Of a DNA stretch of 28,360 bases, positions 16,713 to 25,628 are shown piece after piece. Both the position numbers and the translations under genes were made by a program. The notes under the pieces are model-generated. The model was not told the DNA's origin. It was given only the letters and a program-made list of their open reading frames with translations, and did no database searches. The stretch covers positions 1 through 28,360 of the forward strand of contig JAYUVP010000240.1 of the NCBI GenBank assembly GCA_043753995.1. Direction: 5' to 3'. The number at the start of each line of letters is the position of its first letter. Position 1 is the stretch's first letter. The DNA comes from Fibrobacterota bacterium (GTDB taxonomy: Bacteria; Fibrobacterota; Fibrobacteria; UBA11236).

Positions 16713-19265
16713 ATGTTTAAGCGAAGGCAGCGGGGCTTGTCGCGCATACGAGGCCTGCAAATTTTGGCGCTACTTGCGGCGCTTTTTCTACCGGCCTCCG
16801 CAACTGCTTTGAATTGCGCCGTTTCCTCGATCTCCCCATCCTATCTCCCTGACTCGGCGGCCTTCGCCCTCCAATGCGACTCGACCTTGACTGCGGAGGT
16901 ATCGTGGGATTTCGGTGACGGCACGGAGCTTCCTTCCGCTCCGGGGCAAGGCTCGGTACAACATGCCTATGCGCAACCGGGACGTTATACCGTTTTCGCG
17001 CGTGTGGTTGGCCAACCCTTCGCGTTCACCGCCCCGCATGCGACCTTGCACCGACCGACAACAAGCAAGCCGGCGCATTCCGCCACCCTTGCTTATGACG
17101 AGGCGCGCGGGCGAGTCTATTGCGTGAACGCCGACAATAATTCCATGACGGCCATGGATGCCCGCACCTTTACGCGCCTCAAGGAAATCCCGGTGGGCCA
17201 AAATCCTCGGACGCTAGCCATCGATTCCTTGGGAAGGATATGGGTGGCCAATCAGGCCGACGCGACCTTGTCGGTGGTGGACGGGCAAACCCTGGAAGTA
17301 TTGCATACCGTAACCTTGCCTTATGCCTCCCGCCCCTATGGCATATGCTTCGCGCCTAGTAGCCGTATCGGCTATGTGACCTTGCAAGCTACGGGCGCAC
17401 TTTTACAATTCGACGCGATCACGCGACAAATTACCGGCACCCTGGCTTTATTTCCTACGCCTCGTGGGATAGCCATCACCCATGACGGGGTTCGCATCCT
17501 GGTGACACGCTTCCTTTCGCCAGGCCATAGGGGCGAAGTGGCGGATGTGCGCGCCCATCCCTTCTCCTTGGCTGGAATCATCCCCCTGCCTTATGACTCG
17601 GCGGCCGAAAGCCAGAATAATGGTCCCGGTGTCCCCAATGCTCTTTCCTCCCTCTTCATTTCACCCGATGGCCGTGAGGCATGGGCGCCATTCAAGAAGG
17701 ACAATGTGGGTAAAGGCCTTTTCCAGAATCCCGCAGGCGGCCCACCCGATTTCGAAAGCACGGTGCGTACGGGCGCGGCGCGCATACGCCTTTCCTCGGG
17801 CACCGAAGACGCAGCCTTGCGTCTAGACTTCGACAATCGCGCCATGGCTTTCGCGGGAGCCTTCGATAGTCGAGGAGAATTCGCCTATATCGTGACCCAG
17901 GGATCCAACCATACCGTGGTCTTCGACAATGCCCTCGGAACGGGCTCGACCGCCATCGAACCGACGGCTCTGGACTCCGAATTGGCTCCGGATGGAGTCG
18001 TGCTGGCGCGTCACGACAGCCTCCTCTTCATTCATTATTTCATGTCGAGGCAAATCGGCGTCTATAACATAAGCCGGGTCGGAGGCTCTAATGAGATTCC
18101 GCGTCTCGCTCTCGTCAGCACATCGACGAACGAAATCCTGCCTGCGGCGGTGCTGCGGGGAAAGAAGATCTTCTACAACGCCTCCGACCCGCGCATGAGC
18201 CGCGACCAATACATGAGCTGCGTCGTCTGCCACATGGACGGCGGCTCCGACGGCCGGGTATGGGATTTCACTCATAAAGGCGAAGGATTGCGCCGCACGG
18301 TCAGCTTGCTCGGCCGGGGAGGCCTTGCGCATGGCCCCGTGCATTGGACGGCCAATTTCGACGAGATCCAGGACTTCGAACATGATATCCGTGACGCTTT
18401 CGGAGGATCCGGGATGATGCGCAACGAGGATTTCAAAGCGGGCACACGCAATCAGTCCTTGGGAGACAAAAAGACCGGGTTATCGCCGGAGCTCGATGCG
18501 CTGGCGGCTTATGTGTCGTCCCTTACGCGGACCCACCCCAGCCCGCACCGAAACTCGGATGGATCCAGGACGGCGGAGGCGCAAGCCGGTGAGGCCATTT
18601 TCCGACGCGCGGACACTCGCTGCGCAGAATGCCATATCCCTCCCCGCTATACCGACAGCGAACTGAGACCCACTTCAACGGAATCGGGTAAGCCTGCGGT
18701 ACCGGGAGGCTTTTTGCTTCACGACGTAGGCACCTTGAAATCCGGATCTGGCCGTCGCCTGAACGATACCCTGAAGGGACTCGATACTCCCACCTTGCTC
18801 GGCATCTGGGAAAACGGACCCTATCTCCACGACGGTTCTGCCGCCACCTTGATGGAAGTCCTCACCACGGCCAATCCACAGGATCTCCATGGCAAGACCT
18901 CCCAACTGTCGCCACAGGAAAGAAACCAACTCGTTGCCTTCCTCCAGCAACTGGATTCATCAGGGGATCCCGGCCGCCTTGGGCGCGGAGTCATGCCGCG
19001 TTTATCCCCTCCGCTTTCCATAGTCAAAACCGGTAATGGCTGGCTATTTGCTTGGAATATTCCCGGCATTCGCAATGCGGCGACGCTTCGCATCTTCAAT
19101 GCCTCAGGGACACAGGTTGCGCAACTAGAGACGGAAAAATCGGCTGATTCCCACCGCTTAGCTTTCCGGTGGGAAAATCCCGCCGGTCGACCCGGCATTT
19201 ACTTGCTGCAATTGTCCCAAGAGGATGGCGACACTTACCGCCACCGAGTATTCCTCATTCACTGA
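16713..19265 (+). CDS. Secreted PKD + YVTN-type beta-propeller + diheme cytochrome c peroxidase-family protein with a T9SS-like C-terminal domain
   Basis: Likely ATG 16713; signal peptide; PKD motif WDFGDGT…HAY.QPG.Y; propeller VYCVN.D.NS/IPVG.NP; two CxxCH motifs (CVVCH at 18219, CAECH at 18621); TPTLLGIW..GPYLHDGS; tail LRIFNASG..V..L…W…GIYLLQL. Confidence 0.85.
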   Translation: MFKRRQRGLSRIRGLQILALLAALFLPASATALNCAVSSISPSYLPDSAAFALQCDSTLTAEVSWDFGDGTELPSAPGQGSVQHAYAQPGRYTVFARVVGQPFAFTAPHATLHRPTTSKPAHSATLAYDEARGRVYCVNADNNSMTAMDARTFTRLKEIPVGQNPRTLAIDSLGRIWVANQADATLSVVDGQTLEVLHTVTLPYASRPYGICFAPSSRIGYVTLQATGALLQFDAITRQITGTLALFPTPRGIAITHDGVRILVTRFLSPGHRGEVADVRAHPFSLAGIIPLPYDSAAESQNNGPGVPNALSSLFISPDGREAWAPFKKDNVGKGLFQNPAGGPPDFESTVRTGAARIRLSSGTEDAALRLDFDNRAMAFAGAFDSRGEFAYIVTQGSNHTVVFDNALGTGSTAIEPTALDSELAPDGVVLARHDSLLFIHYFMSRQIGVYNISRVGGSNEIPRLALVSTSTNEILPAAVLRGKKIFYNASDPRMSRDQYMSCVVCHMDGGSDGRVWDFTHKGEGLRRTVSLLGRGGLAHGPVHWTANFDEIQDFEHDIRDAFGGSGMMRNEDFKAGTRNQSLGDKKTGLSPELDALAAYVSSLTRTHPSPHRNSDGSRTAEAQAGEAIFRRADTRCAECHIPPRYTDSELRPTSTESGKPAVPGGFLLHDVGTLKSGSGRRLNDTLKGLDTPTLLGIWENGPYLHDGSAATLMEVLTTANPQDLHGKTSQLSPQERNQLVAFLQQLDSSGDPGRLGRGVMPRLSPPLSIVKTGNGWLFAWNIPGIRNAATLRIFNASGTQVAQLETEKSADSHRLAFRWENPAGRPGIYLLQLSQEDGDTYRHRVFLIH

Positions 19266-19391
19266 ATCAGAATGCGGGCTTGGGCCTACTAGGCTATCGA
19301 GATAGTGCCAGGTTCTGCCATGCTCATTTGCAATATTGACGAGTAACCACCCGCAGCCTTCATTAGCGAATAAAGCCTCTGGTTGTTATTA

Positions 19392-19997
19392 CTATCGCCA
19401 ATAGTAAATGCGAACCTTCCCACCGTCATAACCGCCAATCGGCCCTGCAAAATCAAATGAGAAACCGATATTGATATAATAAATGGGCTGCAGCCTATTA
19501 ACAGTTTGAGACAAATGCGTATTCTCCTTACAAAGCATGAATGTTGAATCATCCAACGCCGATTTAACAAGCCAGTCTTGTTGTTCTGGAGCATTTAAAT
19601 CAATAACAACTTTGCAGCCAATGTCATTCTTTCGATCAATGAATGCGTCCCAACCTTTTGGAGTAAATTTGGTTCTAACAAAAAGCGTCGATACTGCAAG
19701 CTCATCTGAGTAATAGATAGAATCAGAAAAGAATTGGCTGGTATCATGGGTTAGCATACTCCTCCCTCTCGCCGATATTTGGAATTCTAAATGATCGGAA
19801 TTATTAAGCATCTCCTCCTTGTTTCGCATGTAAGCATAGTCCCATTGATTGAATACTATCGAATCCAGTTCGGTAAATAGCTGCGGTGTTGCGGGATTGA
19901 CCCGGCTCGATCCATCGGATGACTCTTTTGAAGTCTCCGAATTATTGATGCAACCCACAATGATTATGGATGCAAAAAGGACTAAAACCCATCTCAT
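19392..19997 (-). CDS. Hypothetical lipoprotein in an AT-richer segment
   Basis: AGGA RBS; MRWVLVLFASIIIVGC lipobox; visibly lower GC than its neighbours. Confidence 0.7.
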   Translation of the reverse strand: MRWVLVLFASIIIVGCINNSETSKESSDGSSRVNPATPQLFTELDSIVFNQWDYAYMRNKEEMLNNSDHLEFQISARGRSMLTHDTSQFFSDSIYYSDELAVSTLFVRTKFTPKGWDAFIDRKNDIGCKVVIDLNAPEQQDWLVKSALDDSTFMLCKENTHLSQTVNRLQPIYYINIGFSFDFAGPIGGYDGGKVRIYYWR

Positions 19998-20082
19998 GAA
20001 ATCTTTCCTTTTTCAAATGAGTGCCAAAGGCTTTGAAAGGTAATTGGACAGATGTCACAGTGTTTACATCCAGCCAATAAGG

Positions 20083-20742
20083 CTAGGGTGAACTTGGGGT
20101 CGACTTTTTTGCCTCCCCCACAATTTCCCCAACCCTCTCCCGTACCCATTTCTCGCTTGGCCTCGCGGGCACCGGGCTTTTCAGGAATAGCCCGTAAACC
20201 TTGATCGCCAGCATAGCTCGTTGCGTCGCTTGCCCAGGCAGAAAGCCCGGCGGAAAGGTTTCTGCGTATCGGTTCAGGAACTTAGCCGCGGCCTGCACCG
20301 CCCCGAAGTGATCGCTGTCGGCCGCCTTGGCGAAATCGAAGCGCCAGCGCTTGGCTTGGGCCGCAATGCGGGGCTTGTCCTCACCCACATCCAAGCCCGT
20401 GGCTGCGAAGACGCGGCAATCGTATTGGCGGCAAGTTAAGGGGCGAGCGTGATAAATTGAACATTTGTTTTCGATAAACATGGGGCAATGGCCATTGTCG
20501 CAATAGCCTAAAACCTGATAGCCCTTGGGCAGGCCGGGGGCCTTGAAGAGCAACTTTTTAGGAATGCTATTCAGGGCTTCTTTTTCGTCGGGGCTGATGG
20601 GAATGAAATAAGCGGAAGTGCAGCAGCCACGGCAATCCCCGCAGGGAACGTCCATGTCTTGCCCGCTTTTTTGCGCCCGCCGGAAATGCGCGAGCCAAGC
20701 AGCGAAACCGGCGGTCTTCTGGCTTTTTTTATCGCTTGTCAC
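20083..20742 (-). CDS. YkgJ-family cysteine cluster (CxxCxxCC) protein
   Basis: PCGDCRGCC, GHCPMF…KCSIYHARPLTCRQYDC. Confidence 0.85.
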   Translation of the reverse strand: MTSDKKSQKTAGFAAWLAHFRRAQKSGQDMDVPCGDCRGCCTSAYFIPISPDEKEALNSIPKKLLFKAPGLPKGYQVLGYCDNGHCPMFIENKCSIYHARPLTCRQYDCRVFAATGLDVGEDKPRIAAQAKRWRFDFAKAADSDHFGAVQAAAKFLNRYAETFPPGFLPGQATQRAMLAIKVYGLFLKSPVPARPSEKWVRERVGEIVGEAKKSTPSSP

Positions 20743-20859
20743 AGTATTCAGATTTTACAGGGTGACGCCGGTGGGGAGGTGGAGGCCGACCGAACGACTG
20801 CGGAATGCGGGCCGACACCGGGGGAGGCAGAGCCTCGCCCCGCAGCCTTCAATTGAGCT

Positions 20860-21996
20860 TTAGGCCAAAGAGGCTTGAATTGAAGCGATGGCCACGTCGA
20901 GTTTTTTAGCATCGGGCTCACGCGTCGTGATGCGTTGCAGCAATAAACCTGGAAGAATCAAGGGGCGCACGAAGACGCTGTCCTGGAAGCGGGCGCTGAG
21001 CTTGAGTACTTCGAAAGCCAATCCCGCGACGACGGGAATGAAGGGCAAATGCGCCAGGAAGCGATGGAAAAAGGTGGGATAGTGAAAGCCCATTTGCAAA
21101 ACCAAGGCGTCGAAAACGCTGAAAAAGCAAATGCAGACCAGGGCCACAATGAGAATGAAGGAGGTTCCGCAGCGGGGATGAAAGCGCGTTTCGCGGGCGG
21201 CATTGTCCGAGGTCAGGGCTTGTCCGTGTTCGAAGGCGAATATGCTTTTGTGCTCGGCGCCATGATATTCGAAAACGCGGGCCACATCGGGCATGCGTGA
21301 TATGGCCCACAAATAGCAGAGCAGCAGGCTCATGCGCACGGCGCCGGCAACGGTATTGAAAAGCAAAGGATTGGGGCTGGAAACCTTGGAGCCGCCGACA
21401 ATATTGCCGCTTACGAAATAAGGCAGAAATTGAAAGAGAGCCATGGCCAATAGAAAGCTCACGACGAGACTGCCGGCGATGAGGAGCTTGTCCTTGCCGC
21501 TAGCGGGCTTGTGGAATGCGGCGGCTACGGGTACTTGAGACGTGGGCTCCGACTTCGCGGCAAGGGTGGAAGCGGCAGCCTTATCCGTTTTAGCAGCTCC
21601 TGCGCCTTGCTCTTGCACGGCAACGGAGAAGTTGAGGGCTTGAAGGCCGATCACCAAGGATTCAATCAGAGAAGCGGCACCGCGCAAAACGGGCAGGGAA
21701 AGCACACGATGGCGGCGGGAATAGGGAATGAATTCGCGATTGTCGACGACAATTTGCCCGTCAGGCGCGCGCACGGCCACGGCGAGGCGTTTAGGCGAGC
21801 GCATCATCACGCCTTCAATGACGGCTTGACCACCAATGGAGGCAGGGCGGGACTTTGCAGGTTCGCTCTGGGAAGCTTGGCTTGTGGTGGATTCAGCCAC
21901 GGCGGCATCGGCATCATAGCCAGCCAACCACAAGGTGGAGAATTTGAAATTGCGAAATGCGGAAGGAACGAAAGAAGGAAGACGAAACCGACTCAT
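20860..21996 (-). CDS. DUF1385-domain membrane protein (putative metal-dependent enzyme)
   Basis: Likely ATG at 21996. IGGQAVIEGVMMR, FEYHGAEHKSI, RFHPRCGTSF, PGLLLQRITTREPD; usual position downstream of rpmE. Confidence 0.9.
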   Translation of the reverse strand: MSRFRLPSFVPSAFRNFKFSTLWLAGYDADAAVAESTTSQASQSEPAKSRPASIGGQAVIEGVMMRSPKRLAVAVRAPDGQIVVDNREFIPYSRRHRVLSLPVLRGAASLIESLVIGLQALNFSVAVQEQGAGAAKTDKAAASTLAAKSEPTSQVPVAAAFHKPASGKDKLLIAGSLVVSFLLAMALFQFLPYFVSGNIVGGSKVSSPNPLLFNTVAGAVRMSLLLCYLWAISRMPDVARVFEYHGAEHKSIFAFEHGQALTSDNAARETRFHPRCGTSFILIVALVCICFFSVFDALVLQMGFHYPTFFHRFLAHLPFIPVVAGLAFEVLKLSARFQDSVFVRPLILPGLLLQRITTREPDAKKLDVAIASIQASLA

Positions 21997-22030
21997 ATGA
22001 AAGACCCCTGGCTTCGTTAGAAAGTACAAG

Positions 22031-22058
22031 GAGGTAAGGCAGCGAACCGCCTTACCTC
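22031..22058 (-). terminator. Hairpin after rpmE (probable intrinsic terminator or attenuator)
   Basis: GAGGTAAGGC/GCCTTACCTC 10-bp perfect stem starting 8 nt after the rpmE stop, followed on the minus strand by CTTGTACTTTT. Confidence 0.6.
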
Positions 22059-22066
22059 TAGGCAAC

Positions 22067-22342
22067 TTACTCGGCAGCAGTCTTTTCGACCGCTTCTTCT
22101 TTGGCCTTGGGATTTTCTTTACGAGACTTGCGAGCACCGCTGACAATGCTGGTATAGCGCGAAGCGAACTTCTCGATACGACCGGCGGAGTCAATCATTT
22201 TTTGCTTGCCCGTGTAGTAAGGATGGCAGTTGGAGCAAATTTCAACGCCCTGACCCTTCATGGTCGAATTGATTTGCATGACATTCCCACACGAGCAAGT
22301 GAAGCTCTGCATGGAATAAGTCGGATGAATATTGGCTTTCAT
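22067..22342 (-). CDS. rpmE: 50S ribosomal protein L31, zinc-binding (C+) type
   Basis: MKANIHPTY…CSCGN…VEICSNCHPYYTGKQKMIDSAGRIEKF. Confidence 0.97.
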   Translation of the reverse strand: MKANIHPTYSMQSFTCSCGNVMQINSTMKGQGVEICSNCHPYYTGKQKMIDSAGRIEKFASRYTSIVSGARKSRKENPKAKEEAVEKTAAE

Positions 22343-22378
22343 GGCCCGCGCTCCGAATCCGGATTAATGAGGGAGGTA

Positions 22379-22407
22379 AAGGTAATAGGCTTACCGTCAC
22401 CCTGCAA
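22379..22407 (-). promoter_or_regulatory. Putative sigma-70 promoter of rpmE
   Basis: Minus strand TTGCAG-17 nt-TACCTT, ending about 37 nt upstream of the rpmE ATG. Confidence 0.45.
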
Positions 22408-22564
22408 ACCCTTATTTTGCAAGGATTTGCGTAGGGTGACAAGGGAAATGCAGGAAACCACCGGGGGGATCTGCTCTTTTTTCGAGGATTTTGTTGTTTT
22501 GCTGTCCGGTGCGAGACAAAACCGGACTTCTCACCGCCATTTTGCCCGAATCGAGGCCTGACCC

Positions 22565-23821
22565 TTGACTCCAACTCTTCAAATCCTCGGTGCCGCGATT
22601 TTCGCCGTGGCCATTGCCCATACCTTTGCCACCAAGTTTTTCGACCGCATGGCCCAGGCTCGCCCTGCCCATGCCGGGCTTTGGCATTTGCTAGGTGAGG
22701 TCGAAGTGGTTTTCGGTTTTTGGTCCTTGGTCTTGATTGCCGCCATGTTTGGCCTGTCAGGCTGGGACCGAACCCTCGAATATGTCGACTCGCGCAATTT
22801 CACCGAGCCCATGTTTGTCTTCGCCATCATGGTCATTGCGGGCACGCGCCCCATTCTGGAAAGCGTACGGGCGGCGGTGAATGCGGCAGCGCGCCTGCTG
22901 CCCTTGCCCACGCGCACGGTCTATTATTTCCTGACTCTCAGCTTCATTCCTTTGCTCGGCTCTTTCATCACCGAGCCCGCCGCGATGACCTTGGCGGCCC
23001 TCATGTTGCGCGACGAAATCTTCGGGGCTAAGGCCTCGCGAAATCTCAAATACGCCACCCTGGGCGTGCTCTTCGTGAATATTTCCATCGGGGGAACGCT
23101 GACCACTTTCGCTGCGCCGCCCGTGCTCATGGTGGCCAAGGCCTGGAATTGGGACTTGACCTTCATGCTCACCCAAATTGGCTGGAAGGCCGCCATTGCA
23201 GTAGCGGTGAACGCCCTGGGGGTAACCTGGATGTTTCGCAATAATATCGCGGATCTAGCACCTAGCGCCGCAGTGAAGGTCGAGAATCGTATTCCCTTCG
23301 CTCTCACTATGGTGCATTTCGCCTTTCTCGTGGGCGTGGTGGTTTTCAGCCATCATCCCGCGCTTTTCATGGGTTTGTTTTTGTTTTTCCTGGGCGTCAC
23401 CCATGCTTATGAACGTTATCAGAATCGTCTGATCTTGCGCGAAGGGCTATTGGTGGCCTTTTTCTTAGCGGGTCTCGTGATCTTGGGAGGCGTGCAGCAA
23501 TGGTGGCTACAACCCCTGCTGATGAAAATGAGCGCGAATGCCGTCTTCTTCGGGGCGACGGCCTTGACGGCCTTCACCGACAATGCCGCGTTGACTTATT
23601 TGGGATCTCTGGTCGAAGGTCTAAGCGATGAATTCAAGTATGCCTTGGTGACAGGCGCAGTGACAGGCGGCGGACTGACCTTGATTGCGAATGCTCCGAA
23701 TCCCGCCGGCGCGTCCATTTTGCGCGGCGAATTCGCTGACGAAGAAATTAGCGCCCTGGGCTTGGCCTTAGCCGCCGCTCCGCCGACTCTGGTGGCCATG
23801 GCGGCGTTTTTGTGGTTGTGA
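22565..23821 (+). CDS. Putative Na+/H+ antiporter (Na_H_antiport_3/DUF1504 family)
   Basis: About 11 TM segments; HLLGEVEVVFG.W, FTEPMFVF.IM, GSFITEPAAMTLAA, NISIGGTLT.FAAPPVLMVA, TDNAALTYL, GGGLT.IANAPNPAG. Confidence 0.88.
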   Translation: MTPTLQILGAAIFAVAIAHTFATKFFDRMAQARPAHAGLWHLLGEVEVVFGFWSLVLIAAMFGLSGWDRTLEYVDSRNFTEPMFVFAIMVIAGTRPILESVRAAVNAAARLLPLPTRTVYYFLTLSFIPLLGSFITEPAAMTLAALMLRDEIFGAKASRNLKYATLGVLFVNISIGGTLTTFAAPPVLMVAKAWNWDLTFMLTQIGWKAAIAVAVNALGVTWMFRNNIADLAPSAAVKVENRIPFALTMVHFAFLVGVVVFSHHPALFMGLFLFFLGVTHAYERYQNRLILREGLLVAFFLAGLVILGGVQQWWLQPLLMKMSANAVFFGATALTAFTDNAALTYLGSLVEGLSDEFKYALVTGAVTGGGLTLIANAPNPAGASILRGEFADEEISALGLALAAAPPTLVAMAAFLWL

Positions 23822-23827
23822 GGATTG

Positions 23828-24841
23828 TTAGAACCGGTCCTCATCCGACATCAAGGGACGGATCCTTTCGACAAGCCATTCCGCCAATTGATTGGCACTG
23901 GTAGCCTTGGGGAGGCTTGCAAGCGCCTTGCCCGACAGGCTGAGCTTACCGCGATTCTTGCCGTCCTGACTGAAGTGCAATTCCACCTTCATGAAGCGAT
24001 TGCACTCAGGGTTCAATTCCATGAGCGGCTTGGGGAGCAGGGCGGACGAGGCCCTTTTCGTGTCCATGAACTGGCTGACCGTCATGACCTTACTACGCGT
24101 CACACTTTCCAATATACTTTTGGCGCAGTCTTTCACTCCCATACCCCCTCCCTGGTTATGGAAGGGCTCCGGAAATGACTTGCCGGAGGCGAAAAACACC
24201 ACCGCCATGACATTCCGGCAGGGCTTGGCTTTCGAGCCCTTGGGCGGCTCGGTAGCCTCGATATCCCCCTGATATTTTTCGGGGTACCATTGGCGGTGGG
24301 TGGACCCGTCGGAATACCGGACTCCGCCTCCCAATCGAGCCAACATTTGCGCCGGATCGCGCGCCAGCGCAGTGAGAAAGGAACTTAGGCTTCCCAGGGA
24401 TTCGGAATGGCTGTCATGCGGAACGAAATAGAGGCGCCCCCCATGCAGGGCGAAGTAGTCCGACGAATGGCCCACTTTCCCAATGGCCAGCCCAAGGGTG
24501 CGCGCCTTATCCGGGGTCTCCTCAAAATCATCTCCCCAGTCTCTCATCTTTCGACTCTGGGCGGCGAAGGCACGGATAGGGAAAAATTCCAAGGCCATGG
24601 TCCGATCCTTGCCCATATACAGCTTGAGACCGTCGTGGCGCGCGTATAGGTCCGTAATGTCCTTGACGTTCGTGGCCAACTGTTTTTTCAGCAGCGCGAG
24701 GTCGGCCGCCGTTGCGGGCCGACCCTTCCGATGGGAAACGCGCATGGACCACTGCAGTTTGTCTCCGCGCACGGCTCCGGCCACGCGGCAGCGAAAGCCG
24801 GGCGCCGGGTCCTCAAGGTGAACAAAGAATTTTTTCATCAT
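23828..24841 (-). CDS. SMI1/KNR4 (SUKH)-like domain protein with an unknown C-terminal domain
   Basis: PATAADLALL…ITDLYARHDG..LY…LAIG….S.DYFAL…LYF..HD…SLSSFL..L…QWYP.KY; P/K-rich linker, then about 130 aa of unrelated sequence. Confidence 0.6.
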   Translation of the reverse strand: MMKKFFVHLEDPAPGFRCRVAGAVRGDKLQWSMRVSHRKGRPATAADLALLKKQLATNVKDITDLYARHDGLKLYMGKDRTMALEFFPIRAFAAQSRKMRDWGDDFEETPDKARTLGLAIGKVGHSSDYFALHGGRLYFVPHDSHSESLGSLSSFLTALARDPAQMLARLGGGVRYSDGSTHRQWYPEKYQGDIEATEPPKGSKAKPCRNVMAVVFFASGKSFPEPFHNQGGGMGVKDCAKSILESVTRSKVMTVSQFMDTKRASSALLPKPLMELNPECNRFMKVELHFSQDGKNRGKLSLSGKALASLPKATSANQLAEWLVERIRPLMSDEDRF

Positions 24842-24926
24842 AGGCGACTATGGGACCTTCAGGCGAAAGCGGGCATACTGAAAAGCTAAAAGTGTTTAGG
24901 TAAATCAAATCGTGGTGATTTTAGCA

Positions 24927-25628
24927 TCATGGCTTCAATTCCAAGGCGATGAAATAAGGGGCTCCATTCAGGTGCCATGCCAGCAGGGCATGACGCCCAT
25001 CCGGGGAGAGCCATGCGCATTCGAAACGCGGCTTATCCAAATCATAACCGGCTTCACCGGCATGCGGGCGCAAAAGAACTTTACGTCGCAGTGAGCCCGA
25101 TAAGCGGTCATCGGACGGTCGGGTCAAGCGCGCCACCAGAGTCGCCTTAGCCTTGGGGAAGGGTAGGCTTGACTTTCCCTGGGTCGATTGATTTTCGTCT
25201 TCCAGACCTTGATTGTATGCGACAACTGACTGGGCCAAGGCTTCAAAGTGAAGGCTGTCCATTTGCACCGAGGCATTCAATTTCAATGGACCCAGTTGGC
25301 CTGATTTGCCCGAGCTGTCTCCCTGCCAAGTCTCACCCATTGGCCATGCCGGCACACTGTCCTTCCAAGCCCAAGCAAAGGACTTGAGCCGGCCATCGGA
25401 TTGCAAGGTCAGGTATCGCTGACGGCGATCCCCTTGGCCATCGCCGCTCTCTTCGAGGAGCATGGGTCGACCTTGTCGCCAGCCCGCGAAGGTAAGGCTT
25501 TGGTCGGTGATGCCCGCCTCAGCTATTGGCGCAAATAGGAAGAGGGCTAGGCCAGCCAGGATGGCCCGCACGACCTTAAGCTTTGGGCCAAGCAATATCG
25601 GCTCCTTTCTCGGCTTCGGCGGCTTCAC
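24927..25628 (-). CDS. Hypothetical exported protein
   Basis: Hydrophobic signal AILAGLALFLFAPIAEA; overlaps the stop of the upstream hydrolase gene; C-terminal WLSPDGRHALL strand. Confidence 0.6.
   Translation of the reverse strand: MKPPKPRKEPILLGPKLKVVRAILAGLALFLFAPIAEAGITDQSLTFAGWRQGRPMLLEESGDGQGDRRQRYLTLQSDGRLKSFAWAWKDSVPAWPMGETWQGDSSGKSGQLGPLKLNASVQMDSLHFEALAQSVVAYNQGLEDENQSTQGKSSLPFPKAKATLVARLTRPSDDRLSGSLRRKVLLRPHAGEAGYDLDKPRFECAWLSPDGRHALLAWHLNGAPYFIALELKP

Noticed and set aside
21997..22194. Long N-terminal extension of the DUF1385 ORF to 22194
   Set aside because: It overlaps rpmE and its downstream hairpin; ATG 21996 is the more plausible start.
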